Virus record (IMG/VR): IMGVR_UViG_3300020474_000020
Span: 1-54,312 of that record
Length of the DNA: 54,312 bases
Reading direction: 5' to 3' (one strand)
Source of the DNA: a virus
Taxonomy: Duplodnaviria > Caudoviricetes
A program made the translations under genes and the position numbers. Every line of letters begins with the position of its first letter. Within the stretch, counting starts at the first letter, position 1. Below, in pieces: positions 37,829-47,290 of the stretch. The notes beneath the pieces were generated by a model that saw only the letters and a program-made list of their open reading frames with translations, did not search any database and was not told the DNA's origin.

Positions 37829-38536
37829 TTATTTTAAGCTAATTTCTAAAGAATTTGTATCAAATTTAATACTGTCTCCTGTAAAGATGTTTCTAGGATT
37901 TTGCAACTCTGAGTACATTAATACATTTCCAGAGCCAACAAACTCGCTGTCCGTAATAACAATTCCCGAAATAAAACCCCAATTGACATTAGCTGTTGGA
38001 AAGGCTAGTTGATTTTTATTTTTAATAAATCCATTTCCATCGTATTCAATATAACCCGGATCTGTCGAGCTATAGTCTCCAGAAACAACAAGTCCATCTG
38101 GACCGTAAAAAACTACACCGGGGTGAGTTTCTGTAAATGTATATTCAGTTGCAGACTGAACCGATTCAGTTGATTCAGATACTGCTTTAGCAGAATCCAA
38201 ATACAGAGGATAAAAGTATCCACTATTAGGTGGTAATCCAACTCCAGATTCAGAAGAATTAACTTGAAAAGGTGTTGTCGTATCAATTCCAATTTGATTC
38301 CATACGTTATTACCATCCGTGCTGTTTCCAAGATTTATTCTTCTATATCCAGTATCAACAAAAGAAGCACCCTTAAAAGCTCCAGAGGGAAGTTCTTCAA
38401 TTGTTTCTCCACTATCAATATCTGTTGGCACAGTACTGGTTAGTCCAACGGAAATGTTCGATGGGCTTGTAAATGTTTCTCCAAAAAATATATGTTTCAA
38501 TATGCCTGATTCAAGATAATCAGATAAAGCAGCCAT
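37829..38536 (-). CDS. Conserved phage virion protein (235 aa), probable head/fibre attachment protein
   Basis: MAALSDYLE..IL.H.F...GY.R...FPTA...WG.I....D...GN.L...L...I.TGD..F pattern of a widespread phage structural family, here with a central insertion. Confidence 0.6.
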   Translation of the reverse strand: MAALSDYLESGILKHIFFGETFTSPSNISVGLTSTVPTDIDSGETIEELPSGAFKGASFVDTGYRRINLGNSTDGNNVWNQIGIDTTTPFQVNSSESGVGLPPNSGYFYPLYLDSAKAVSESTESVQSATEYTFTETHPGVVFYGPDGLVVSGDYSSTDPGYIEYDGNGFIKNKNQLAFPTANVNWGFISGIVITDSEFVGSGNVLMYSELQNPRNIFTGDSIKFDTNSLEISLK

Positions 38537-38579
38537 AATCTTCTCCTGTATAGAGTCCTACGAGGGTGTGATTCTACTG

Positions 38580-38589
38580 TTATATACAC
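38580..38589 (-). promoter_or_regulatory. Putative late promoter (GTGTATATAA) immediately after the capsid terminator
   Basis: Motif abuts the U-tract of the MCP terminator, ~45-50 nt upstream of ATG 38536. Confidence 0.6.
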
Positions 38590-38628
38590 GAAAAAAGCCA
38601 CCCCCAAGCAAATGAGGGCGGCTTTTCG
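38589..38628 (-). terminator. Rho-independent terminator after major capsid gene
   Basis: Minus strand AAAAGCCGCCCTCA-TTTGCTT-GGGGGTGGCTTTTTT, ~20 nt after the MCP stop. Confidence 0.85.
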
Positions 38629-38648
38629 TTCTGTGCTATTGGTACAGA

Positions 38649-39656
38649 TTAGAATGAGCCAAGGATCACTCTACGGTTGTCCAATACGCCAAAGCCAAGC
38701 TCTGCAAAGCCGTAATATCCAGCTCGCTGCTGACGATGAAGAGTAGGATCTTCAAAGACTTGCAACTGCTCCTTAACAGGCATTACGAAGCTATCACTAG
38801 CGGACTGATCAAGACCAACGACTAGCTCAAGGTCGCTAGTTTGAACAGCACCAGAAAGTTCGCCAGTGAAGAAAGTCTGATATTCCTGACCTTCTCCAAG
38901 CTCATCAAGATCATGAAGATTAACACCAAAGATCCGTGTGATGGGAGCGCCACCTTCTGGAGCAGTGTAAATCTCACGACGAGTTACCTCGTCAACCTGA
39001 TCGAGACCCCAATTGCGAACATCCTCAAGGGCTTCTGGTGAAACGTAGATGTCAGTAAGACGACCACGACCAGTTGAAGCACTGTTACCACCAGAGTTCC
39101 TACGCATAACTGTTTGCATGAGAGAAACAAGTCTCTTGCTAAACAATCCAGCGGTTGCGTCACCGTCGAACACGAGAATGTTACGGTCAACGCCAGCAGC
39201 GAGGATCGTGTGCCATCCATCGTCGTTCATCTTCTTAGTGAAACCAGCTTCCATGACCTGCATGGCGCGACCAACAATGTCCCAACGAGCTTCACGGGCA
39301 TATCGGAGGAGATAATCAACCGAAGATGCAATGCTGTACGTTGGGATCATTACGTAGTCACCTTCAACCGAACGCTCTGGAATTCTACCATGACCGGGAT
39401 TGGTGTAAGCTACATGCTCACCTTCAAGTCCGGGGCTGATAAGATCAAGAGGAAACTCGGTTGTTGAACCAGCTTCTACGTTGATGGTTTCAAAAATATC
39501 GCCAAGGATGTTACCGACAAGCACACCCTTGCGAAGTGGAAGCTCAAGTGCTTTAGCGAATTCTCGCTGTGCAGCTTGTGCTACGTTTACATCACCATCC
39601 CCTGATTGCTTCAGGAGACTAATGAATTCATCACTAGGTCTTTCATTAATAGGCAT
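38649..39656 (-). CDS. Major capsid protein (HK97-like fold, 335 aa)
   Basis: Follows scaffold and decoration genes; AGGAG RBS, terminator after, visibly higher-GC codon usage; C-terminal GYYGFAELGFGVLD pattern. Confidence 0.85.
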   Translation of the reverse strand: MPINERPSDEFISLLKQSGDGDVNVAQAAQREFAKALELPLRKGVLVGNILGDIFETINVEAGSTTEFPLDLISPGLEGEHVAYTNPGHGRIPERSVEGDYVMIPTYSIASSVDYLLRYAREARWDIVGRAMQVMEAGFTKKMNDDGWHTILAAGVDRNILVFDGDATAGLFSKRLVSLMQTVMRRNSGGNSASTGRGRLTDIYVSPEALEDVRNWGLDQVDEVTRREIYTAPEGGAPITRIFGVNLHDLDELGEGQEYQTFFTGELSGAVQTSDLELVVGLDQSASDSFVMPVKEQLQVFEDPTLHRQQRAGYYGFAELGFGVLDNRRVILGSF

Positions 39657-39683
39657 ATTTAATTCTCCTTTAATATGTTATGT

Positions 39684-40130
39684 TCAGGGAAGGTTGACTT
39701 CGACTTTGGCGTAACCGTCTTCATCCTTAGAAGACAACCATCGTCCAACTTGATGAGTTCCAGCCATAGCAAGCGCACCAGCAGAAGCAGTACTTGCATA
39801 AGCTCCAGATCCAGCTACAGGATCTTGACCGTTAATGTCATTAGTAACAACGTAACCCTTGCGAAGAACAGTTACCTTGCCACCCTTTTGTACTTCATCT
39901 TTGTGCTGATTAAGATGTGTACGAGTAAGATCCTTATTAACTACATCATTGAGAAGGATACCAACTGGAACGCCAGCCGTATGCTTCTTCACAAGGTTAA
40001 CACCCTGATCCATTGCAGCACCTGAACCAGCTGTATCATGAACGACGACGCAACCACGGGTGGCTGTGCCAGCATTATAGAAAAAGCTGATATCAGTTTG
40101 AAGTTCGTATCTATCTGATTTTAAAGCCAT
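39684..40130 (-). CDS. Capsid decoration/cement protein (148 aa)
   Basis: PVGILLNDVV...GGKVTVLRKGYVVT...VGRWLS..D.DGYAKV beta-tulip-like pattern; directly upstream of MCP. Confidence 0.7.
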   Translation of the reverse strand: MALKSDRYELQTDISFFYNAGTATRGCVVVHDTAGSGAAMDQGVNLVKKHTAGVPVGILLNDVVNKDLTRTHLNQHKDEVQKGGKVTVLRKGYVVTNDINGQDPVAGSGAYASTASAGALAMAGTHQVGRWLSSKDEDGYAKVEVNLP

Positions 40131-40150
40131 AATTATTTTCTCCTTTAAAA

Positions 40151-40819
40151 TTATTTGCTGAGTACGTTTGATTCAAGCCATTGAGCTACACTCGCTCTGG
40201 TGGCCTCTAGTTCATCTGTTTCGTCAGAAGCATCAACTAAAGTAGCTTCAGTTGTTTCTACTTCTTCTAGAGCTTCTTCAGCAGCGACTTCTGCTTCAGC
40301 TTCTTCAGCTTCTACTTCTTCTGCTTCTTCAGCTTTTGGTTTTTCCATCTTTGCTTCTTCGTCTTCTTTCTTTTCCATCTTGCCATACTTCTTTTTCATT
40401 AAAGCTACAAGAGTGTCGAAAGAGTCGTCGTCAAGAGCGTCATAAGCTACAAGTGATTCTTCAGCTTCATCAGCTTCAAAACCAGCTTCAACCAATGAAG
40501 CCTTACGAGATTCGGCTTTTTTCTCGTCCTTCATTTTCTTCATTTCTTTCATCTTTTCGATGAACTCGTTATTCTTAGCTTCAAGACTTTCTTGAAGTTC
40601 AGTAATTGCAGCATCCTTAGCCGTGACAGACTCTTCAAGAGTCTTAATTGCTTCAGCTTGTGCAACAATGTCACTTTCAAGCTTTGCAACCGCTTCGGTA
40701 TGTTCTTTTGAAGTTGCTTCGTCGAGAGAAGCTTGAAGAGTAACACACTCTTCTTTAGCAGATGCTAGCTCACTACGAACTTCAGCAAGCTGCTTTTCTA
40801 ACACATTAGTATCACTCAT
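40151..40819 (-). CDS. Nested in-frame scaffolding protein (222 aa, MSDTNVLEKQ...)
   Basis: AGGAGG lies 7 nt upstream of the in-frame ATG at 40819, at the protease/coiled-coil boundary. Confidence 0.6.
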   Translation of the reverse strand: MSDTNVLEKQLAEVRSELASAKEECVTLQASLDEATSKEHTEAVAKLESDIVAQAEAIKTLEESVTAKDAAITELQESLEAKNNEFIEKMKEMKKMKDEKKAESRKASLVEAGFEADEAEESLVAYDALDDDSFDTLVALMKKKYGKMEKKEDEEAKMEKPKAEEAEEVEAEEAEAEVAAEEALEEVETTEATLVDASDETDELEATRASVAQWLESNVLSK

Positions 40820-41599
40820 ATCTGAGCCTCCTAAAGTTAATAAATCTTCGTTAACACTATTTGAACTAGCTCTGCTAGCATCCAAGATTACACTTCTGGG
40901 ATTGGCAGGTTTGGAGACCAAACCTTTTCCCGAAAAAGAAATGTTTTGTAAAGAGCGACCAACCTTTTTTCCTTCATACTCACCGCTACCGCCATACGCT
41001 CTTAAATGTTTTGTTAAAAATGCGGAACCTTCATTTCTTTGCAGAATGCTAGCTTTGCCAAACTCATCTGTAAGAGCATAGTTAAAGCCAGCAAACAAGC
41101 ATTCCATAGAAACAAACCATTTGCCCTCTTCTATCTCAGCAATAATTTGTTGCATTCTTTCTCTATTTTCTGGATCTGTCCAGCTATTGTAAAGAACGGC
41201 TTCTGAGATAATATCAAAATCTGTGGGAGCTTCTTCAGCTTCTACCTTGTTTCCATCTTTGTCTATTACATAGCTTCCAGTAATATGACCTATAATGTCA
41301 TTTTCATTGTGCATAAAATTAAATTGTTTATCTTCTGGCGTATTTCTAGCTGCGAATGTAGCTTCTGGAGTAAACACATCGTCGTTTTTATTCCAACCAG
41401 TAGAAACAAGAATTGACTTGATATAGTACAAATCAAGTTGTTTTGGATTGGCACTTTCCGCTTTAACTTTTTCAGCAAAAGCAATTGTTTCCGCATCCCC
41501 ATTAGAGCATAATATAGCAGGCGCACAATAGGCCAAACTTGCACTAGATTGTACAAGATCGGCTACGCCATCAGATATTTCTTGTGGATATATTTTCAT
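40151..41599 (-). CDS. Prohead protease-scaffold fusion (482 aa)
   Basis: NKNDDVF, FNFMH..IIGHI, VSMEC and F.GKGLV.KPANP protease motifs, then an acidic coiled-coil; lies between portal and capsid genes. Confidence 0.8.
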   Translation of the reverse strand: MKIYPQEISDGVADLVQSSASLAYCAPAILCSNGDAETIAFAEKVKAESANPKQLDLYYIKSILVSTGWNKNDDVFTPEATFAARNTPEDKQFNFMHNENDIIGHITGSYVIDKDGNKVEAEEAPTDFDIISEAVLYNSWTDPENRERMQQIIAEIEEGKWFVSMECLFAGFNYALTDEFGKASILQRNEGSAFLTKHLRAYGGSGEYEGKKVGRSLQNISFSGKGLVSKPANPRSVILDASRASSNSVNEDLLTLGGSDMSDTNVLEKQLAEVRSELASAKEECVTLQASLDEATSKEHTEAVAKLESDIVAQAEAIKTLEESVTAKDAAITELQESLEAKNNEFIEKMKEMKKMKDEKKAESRKASLVEAGFEADEAEESLVAYDALDDDSFDTLVALMKKKYGKMEKKEDEEAKMEKPKAEEAEEVEAEEAEAEVAAEEALEEVETTEATLVDASDETDELEATRASVAQWLESNVLSK

Positions 41600-41616
41600 T
41601 GTTACTCCTCAACAAC

Positions 41617-41625
41617 ATTATACAC
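41617..41625 (-). promoter_or_regulatory. Putative late promoter (GTGTATAAT)
   Basis: In the 44-bp gap upstream of protease/scaffold. Confidence 0.6.
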
Positions 41626-41643
41626 AAAATAACAAAAATATCA

Positions 41644-43644
41644 TTAATCGTGCATTTTGTGGTCAATATATGAACCAATTACATATTTTCTGTACGTATC
41701 TATATTCATACTTTCAATGTTTACATTTTTGCTTTCAAGATCTTTTGTGAACTTTTGAGGAGCTTTAACATTGTTTTTTAAGGACTTATAAATGCTAGCT
41801 TCAGAAACATCGTCACCAATATCAAAATTAGTAAATATGTCTAGCTTTAATTTTTCTAAATCAGCGAACTGAGCTTTAGTTAGTTGTCTCATATTCTTCT
41901 TTTGATTAACTTCAAGAAAAGCCTTCGTAACAACCTCTGATATTTTAGACCAAGACTCTTCCGCATACACAAAGCACTCTGCGACTGATGGCTTAGATCT
42001 TGGTTTTTCTACCCTTTTTTTTCTTGGCCCATCATCCTGCTTAAATAAAGGTCTGCCACCTTGAACTTCTATATCTGTAGTTTTGTCATCGGGAGCTGGC
42101 TCATCCTTTGCGGGATTTGACTCTGGTTTTTCTGGAGGAGGAGGTGGGTGGAAAGGTCCAGCTTTTTCTGGCCCAACAGTATCTCTCTTGCTAAGTTCGC
42201 GTTTAATCCTAATATTTTCAATCTGAGGAATTTCTTTAAATCTCTCAAGAAGAGTTTCATGGCTGATAATATCTCTGTCAGCAAGCTGAATAAGAAGATT
42301 CTTTTCAGAGGCTTCATCAGATAGAGTCATTTGATCAAACTGAATGTGAGCTTTATATCTGAAGCCCATAGCCTTACGGACTATCTCTAATTCCTTTTCC
42401 CAAAATTTAACCAATCTATCTCTACCGTATTGCAGTCTTTCTACTAATGTTTTTAATGATATAAAGTTATTAGTAAATCCACCACCATTTCCAGCCATAC
42501 CAGTAAGTGTGGGAGGAACACCTAGACCAGCATATATACTATTAAGAACAGAAGTATATTTTTCTGAACCTAAAAACTTATGGACATCTGTACTAGATTC
42601 TTGGAATGAAAGCTCTGGACCCCAAACCAATTCCATTGTACCGCCACCCACATTACTAGCTAAAATATCACGTAGCTTATTTATAGCAGCTTTATTGGGA
42701 AGAATCTTATGATCAAGGCTACCCAGAGTCCATAGTCTAATATTAGAAATAGCTCCATCAAGGGCAGAAAGATCTGCTAGTCTCATTTTTTCAAGCATTA
42801 TAATATCATCAAGAATGGCGTAGATCATGGGATTAGCCCACTGTCGCCAATCATCTTTCTTGTAGTAGAACATGCTTAAACGTTCTGGATCTAAAGGTAT
42901 TTCTTTTTCTCCACGTATAAGACTTTGTTTTACATTTGGTGGCAAAGTTTCAAGAACGTGATTTGGAATGTCTCCAGCCTTGAACTTGTCGAAAAAAGAA
43001 TTAGTAGTAATAGAATGATTCTTATAACCCATAAATAAAGATAAGTTACCGTCGTGATTTTTGACAGTCAAGGGGTTGAAGAAATTGTAACGCCACGGTA
43101 TTTCATTCTTGGTTAAGTTAGGCACTTCTACTTTAATGTCTGAAGACAAAGCCTTCATGTAGTTATTAAGTTGAGGAGTAACTTTAGCATAGCTACGATA
43201 AATAATTACATTTCCAGCTTTATACAGATTGTTCAGGAACCTTTCAGATCTTTCCTTACCGTTCACATTTCTAAACCATTGTTGATAGAACTTTTCAACG
43301 CTTTTATCGCGGTGTACGATGTTAATACCTTGACTGCCAAAATCACCCATCAAATCAATAATATTGCGAATGATTCCAACTTTATCATATGCGTCCATGC
43401 ACATCTTGATAATCCTACGCTGCTGATTGGGAACTGCTTCGCCGGGACGAAATGCATAATAATCATTAGCGTTAAATCCGGGTCTTACTGAGCGGTTTGG
43501 CTCGATATCTATAAAATGCCTATAAGTACTACCCTGAGTCTTGCCTAAGCCAGTATAAGCATCTACGCTATCTGACATTTTAGACATAGCATCTGTTTTG
43601 CTTTGAGAGTCGTCGTCTGACCAAGTAATCATGTCGTCGCTCAT
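41644..43644 (-). CDS. Portal protein (666 aa)
   Basis: Directly after TerL; YDKVGIIRNIIDLM.DF, YKKDDWRQWANPM, I..GLGVP portal-like motifs; Pro-rich GGRP tail. Confidence 0.85.
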   Translation of the reverse strand: MSDDMITWSDDDSQSKTDAMSKMSDSVDAYTGLGKTQGSTYRHFIDIEPNRSVRPGFNANDYYAFRPGEAVPNQQRRIIKMCMDAYDKVGIIRNIIDLMGDFGSQGINIVHRDKSVEKFYQQWFRNVNGKERSERFLNNLYKAGNVIIYRSYAKVTPQLNNYMKALSSDIKVEVPNLTKNEIPWRYNFFNPLTVKNHDGNLSLFMGYKNHSITTNSFFDKFKAGDIPNHVLETLPPNVKQSLIRGEKEIPLDPERLSMFYYKKDDWRQWANPMIYAILDDIIMLEKMRLADLSALDGAISNIRLWTLGSLDHKILPNKAAINKLRDILASNVGGGTMELVWGPELSFQESSTDVHKFLGSEKYTSVLNSIYAGLGVPPTLTGMAGNGGGFTNNFISLKTLVERLQYGRDRLVKFWEKELEIVRKAMGFRYKAHIQFDQMTLSDEASEKNLLIQLADRDIISHETLLERFKEIPQIENIRIKRELSKRDTVGPEKAGPFHPPPPPEKPESNPAKDEPAPDDKTTDIEVQGGRPLFKQDDGPRKKRVEKPRSKPSVAECFVYAEESWSKISEVVTKAFLEVNQKKNMRQLTKAQFADLEKLKLDIFTNFDIGDDVSEASIYKSLKNNVKAPQKFTKDLESKNVNIESMNIDTYRKYVIGSYIDHKMHD

Positions 43645-43680
43645 TATTTACCTCAATTGGAATGTAATTGGATTATACTA

Positions 43681-43690
43681 ATTAATACAC
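43681..43690 (-). promoter_or_regulatory. Putative late promoter (GTGTATTAAT) overlapping the terL stop
   Basis: Motif ~40 nt upstream of portal ATG; also encodes VY-stop. Confidence 0.45.
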
Positions 43691-45661
43691 GTTTTTCATG
43701 CCATCTTCAAACCAAGAAGGAGCGGTGTACATCTTCTCATCTTTTTTGCTAGAATGCCCACCAGTTGCAAAACCTCCGTAAAATGAGGGCTGTGCAACAG
43801 TAGGCATTCTACCTAGAGTTCTAGCAGCCATGTTAGCCATTAACAAAGCCGAATACCTATCTTTACGTAATTTCTTTTTACGCCCAGTTCCTATGACAAC
43901 CTCTGGCGTATCCCACCTATCCCTACCGCTAGTTGTTTGAGTAATCTGTATCATAGATAATTCATTTTTTAATTCTTCAATATCTGTAACACACTCTTCT
44001 AGTGTATCATATATTCTGTTTTTCATATTATCTTCATGTTCAGATATAGCTATACTGACAGGATCAAAAAATGGAAAAAGTAATACTTTATCTTCAAAGT
44101 CTTTTCTCATCCCGTGATTTGCCTCTGCTAACCAATCATACTTAGCGAATTGACACATCTCTAATATATGCAGTCCGCGCTCTCCATCAGTATCTTTTTC
44201 CTTATTATCATCTATAGTAGGCCATATGAGATGTTCTCCTTCTTGAACCTTATCTTTGTCATGCAAAGCCTCCATGACAGCCACACCTCCACCCTGAGCA
44301 TCTAGCGCTATATGAATACATGGAAATAGTTTCATCAAATCTCTAATCTTCCTTGCGCAGTATGAATAGAAATCTGTTTCTCTGGCATATCCCTTTTTAA
44401 CTTTTTCTTTATGTTCTGTTCTAGTTGTAGTCCAACAATGTACTATATTTCTATGGTCAGAGTTTACCTCTAATACTACAATACTAAAATTGTCTACTTC
44501 AGATGCTGGATCAACTCCAAATATATATTTCTTATCCTTCTGACCTTTCAACTGAGCTTGAAATATAATATCATTACCTTGCCTATCTTTAATCGTTTCC
44601 TTGTCATTAACGACACATGATTCTATCAAAGAACGTTTAAAGAAACCTTGAGAATCGGTAGTAAAACAAGCTCCGTATTCCATTTGATATATGCCAGTAT
44701 GAACGGTAGCTTTAGATCTAGCGACTTGATCAGAATCCATAAAGCCTTTAGGTAATAATTCGTAGGGCATACGTATGATAGAATACTGAGTCCAATCAAA
44801 ATCCTCTGGAGGTTCCTCTCCAAAAATCTCTTTTAATTTAGATAGCTCTCCACGGCTTTTTATAATAGACTTCCATTTTTTCCAGTAAGTGGCAAAATGA
44901 TTAAAATCATAGTAAGCAGTTCCTGATAGAACAATTTGATTATCTTTACTTTGTTCTTTCTGCTCTTCCTCTAGTGTCAGTCCTAATTCTTTTGCTTTCT
45001 TTTCTGCTGCTACTCTTTTTACGTTTGCTACTGGGTCAGAACTTACTGCTGCAAAACCAGCTACAACATTTTCAAATATTTCTCTAGGTATAGATGCAAA
45101 TTCGTCAGCAATAATGTCGTTAGCTCTTTGACCTCTAATCTTCTGACCATCACCTAAAGGTAAACATGTAACAGTGCTATCGTTTAAACGAAGGGTACAC
45201 CTGTCTGTGTCTCTACGTGGACCACTATCGCTATCACATATATCTCTAAGCATAGGAGAATTTCTCCAGATAGTCTCCATATATTCAAACAAAACTTTAG
45301 ACTGTCTAAACGCAGCTCCTACAACAACTATCTTACGTCTAGGTAATATCAAAGCTCTTAATATAGCATATAAAGATAACATAAATGATTTACCAAAACC
45401 TCGACTTGCGACGAGCATAGGAAACTTTCTCTGCCATACTTCGTTCAAGAAAAGAGATTGAGATGGTAGTAATTGTATATTAAGTATATGATGAGACATA
45501 AAAGATAAATACTCTGGCCTAATCATAAGCCAAGCAAGCTTAAGATTAAAATCATCTTCGTCTGGATTTAACATGGACATTGGATTGAACATCTGAGAAT
45601 CTACAGAGTCCAAGCCAAGCCAAGCCTCATCAATTTGTTTTATCTTTTCAGTTTTTGCCAC
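43682..45661 (-). CDS. terL: Terminase large subunit (659 aa)
   Basis: Walker A ASRGFGKS, RGQRAN, Walker B IIADEF, motif LSGTA, nuclease FGVDPA and C-terminal KDRYSA. Confidence 0.95.
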   Translation of the reverse strand: MAKTEKIKQIDEAWLGLDSVDSQMFNPMSMLNPDEDDFNLKLAWLMIRPEYLSFMSHHILNIQLLPSQSLFLNEVWQRKFPMLVASRGFGKSFMLSLYAILRALILPRRKIVVVGAAFRQSKVLFEYMETIWRNSPMLRDICDSDSGPRRDTDRCTLRLNDSTVTCLPLGDGQKIRGQRANDIIADEFASIPREIFENVVAGFAAVSSDPVANVKRVAAEKKAKELGLTLEEEQKEQSKDNQIVLSGTAYYDFNHFATYWKKWKSIIKSRGELSKLKEIFGEEPPEDFDWTQYSIIRMPYELLPKGFMDSDQVARSKATVHTGIYQMEYGACFTTDSQGFFKRSLIESCVVNDKETIKDRQGNDIIFQAQLKGQKDKKYIFGVDPASEVDNFSIVVLEVNSDHRNIVHCWTTTRTEHKEKVKKGYARETDFYSYCARKIRDLMKLFPCIHIALDAQGGGVAVMEALHDKDKVQEGEHLIWPTIDDNKEKDTDGERGLHILEMCQFAKYDWLAEANHGMRKDFEDKVLLFPFFDPVSIAISEHEDNMKNRIYDTLEECVTDIEELKNELSMIQITQTTSGRDRWDTPEVVIGTGRKKKLRKDRYSALLMANMAARTLGRMPTVAQPSFYGGFATGGHSSKKDEKMYTAPSWFEDGMKNVY

Positions 45662-46287
45662 GTATTGATTACCTCGTCTGCGAAACCATAATAAACAGCT
45701 TCATCTGCTGTAATATACCAATCGCCAGATTTTAATTTACGATATAAGAAATTTTTAACCTTGTCAACTTCTGGCTTAGATCCATACTTATCTTTAAAGA
45801 ATTTGCCACCAACGCAAGAGTTGGCGTATATGTCCATCATAATATCACATATCTGCTTTTCATATTTTACCCAGTTCTGAACATTTAAATACTCACCACT
45901 AGCACCCGTAGAACCGTAGTGAGCCATGAAATATGTATTCTGTGTGATGAGTCTGGAATCAGCAGATTGAAAAATAATACTACTCATAGATTCTGCTTGA
46001 CCATAAGCTACGATGGTTACGTGACACCTACACATAGATATAGCATCGTATATAGCCATACCATCAGACCACTCTCCACCAACGCTTTGCATGTGTATGA
46101 TAATTGGATTAGATGATTTTAGTTCCAATGCTCGTAAGTTTTTTAAGAATGTGTTAGACATCTTATATTCTACACCCGGATTCTCTTCATCATTAGAACC
46201 GTAATGGTTGTGTAAAAATATTTCTCTGCTATCTATGTTAGCATTATAGTTATGTAAATCGTATAATATATCTTTGTCATGTATCAT
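45640..46287 (-). CDS. clpP: ClpP-like serine protease (215 aa)
   Basis: QSVGGEWSDGMAIYD, GQAESMSS (Ser), FMAH (His), DWYITADEAVYYGFADEV (Asp). Confidence 0.9.
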   Translation of the reverse strand: MIHDKDILYDLHNYNANIDSREIFLHNHYGSNDEENPGVEYKMSNTFLKNLRALELKSSNPIIIHMQSVGGEWSDGMAIYDAISMCRCHVTIVAYGQAESMSSIIFQSADSRLITQNTYFMAHYGSTGASGEYLNVQNWVKYEKQICDIMMDIYANSCVGGKFFKDKYGSKPEVDKVKNFLYRKLKSGDWYITADEAVYYGFADEVINTWQKLKR

Positions 46288-46288
46288 A

Positions 46289-46792
46289 TTACGATTTCCT
46301 TCCGATTGTGTACATCTCGTTAATCCTTTTAAATATACTGCTTACAGCTAAAAAGGCGGTATGCTTATCGCCACAAAACAAAACGTGTACGTCGTTATAT
46401 AATTCAAATTCAACTAAACATTTTAACATATATCTACCAGTAATTTTTACAGACGCTTTATTCTTTATTGGTATTCTAGTTTCTTTTGGAAACTTAAGTA
46501 AGTCTTCTAAAGAAAATTCCAAAACTAAATATTTGTGAGGAAAATCTTTCATCCTTTCTATCTCATTCATAAAAGCATGTTTCTTAGAACCAAGATTTAT
46601 TGCAAGCTCTTCTACACATCCTTTTCTTTCTATGCATATTTTATCTTCAAATCCTTGTATAGAATAATCTCCAGTGTCAAGCTTATGCTCTATCATACCA
46701 GCACATGTATTAAACTTACTAAAGTAATATCCGTCTTGCTCACGGGTATCTTTAATAACAGTAAATTCTGGTGCTTGTTTATATTTAGCCAT
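46289..46792 (-). CDS. ERCC4/XPF-domain nuclease (167 aa)
   Basis: DTREQ, LDTGDYS, CIERK...EL, F..EIERM motifs. Confidence 0.88.
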   Translation of the reverse strand: MAKYKQAPEFTVIKDTREQDGYYFSKFNTCAGMIEHKLDTGDYSIQGFEDKICIERKGCVEELAINLGSKKHAFMNEIERMKDFPHKYLVLEFSLEDLLKFPKETRIPIKNKASVKITGRYMLKCLVEFELYNDVHVLFCGDKHTAFLAVSSIFKRINEMYTIGRKS

Positions 46793-47042
46793 TTATAATT
46801 TCTCTAAAAAGTAATTGATAGTGGGATTCTTTACCAGTTATAGATTGGTGACATTTTTTGCATAGTGTAATTCCATTTGACGGTTCATATCTCAAAGCAG
46901 AAGCATTAGACCAAGTTTGTATGTGGTGTACATTTAAATTTTTTTTCGATTTGCAGTTAGGCATACGGCATTTAAATTTATCTCTCTTTAACACCTCTGT
47001 TCTAAATTTTTTATAATTTGGATCGTCATAATTACGTTTCAT
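46785..47042 (-). CDS. HNH endonuclease (85 aa), possible terminase-associated HNH
   Basis: VLKRDKFKCRMPNC...LNVHHI...NGITLCKKCH. Confidence 0.9.
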   Translation of the reverse strand: MKRNYDDPNYKKFRTEVLKRDKFKCRMPNCKSKKNLNVHHIQTWSNASALRYEPSNGITLCKKCHQSITGKESHYQLLFREIING

Positions 47043-47290
47043 AGTTGTTCTATTTTATCTACCCTTATAAATTTTCTTATTTTTCTACATATAATTCTAG
47101 TTTCTAAAGTCGGCTTTTGTCTCATAATCTTTTTCATTAATCTTTTCATGGCTTCGTGACACGCTGTGTCTGGATTAGATGCCTCTATAAAACACATAGC
47201 AAAAGGCATTGAGTATTCGCCAGTTAGTACGTAGTTTTTTAGATCATTTTGTAAATCGGATAAATCTATCGAAAGTCTATAGTTTGGCAT
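47039..47290 (-). CDS. Hypothetical protein (83 aa)
   Basis: Overlaps both neighbours in the operon; IEASNPDTAC motif. Confidence 0.6.
   Translation of the reverse strand: MPNYRLSIDLSDLQNDLKNYVLTGEYSMPFAMCFIEASNPDTACHEAMKRLMKKIMRQKPTLETRIICRKIRKFIRVDKIEQL

Noticed and set aside
38841-40746. Several overlapping alternative ORFs over the capsid, decoration and scaffold genes
   Set aside because: Stop-poor antisense or alternate frames caused by biased codon usage in highly expressed genes
43682-45661. Intein or intron in terL (also checked portal and MCP)
   Set aside because: Lengths are ordinary and no intein termini or LAGLIDADG blocks interrupt the motifs
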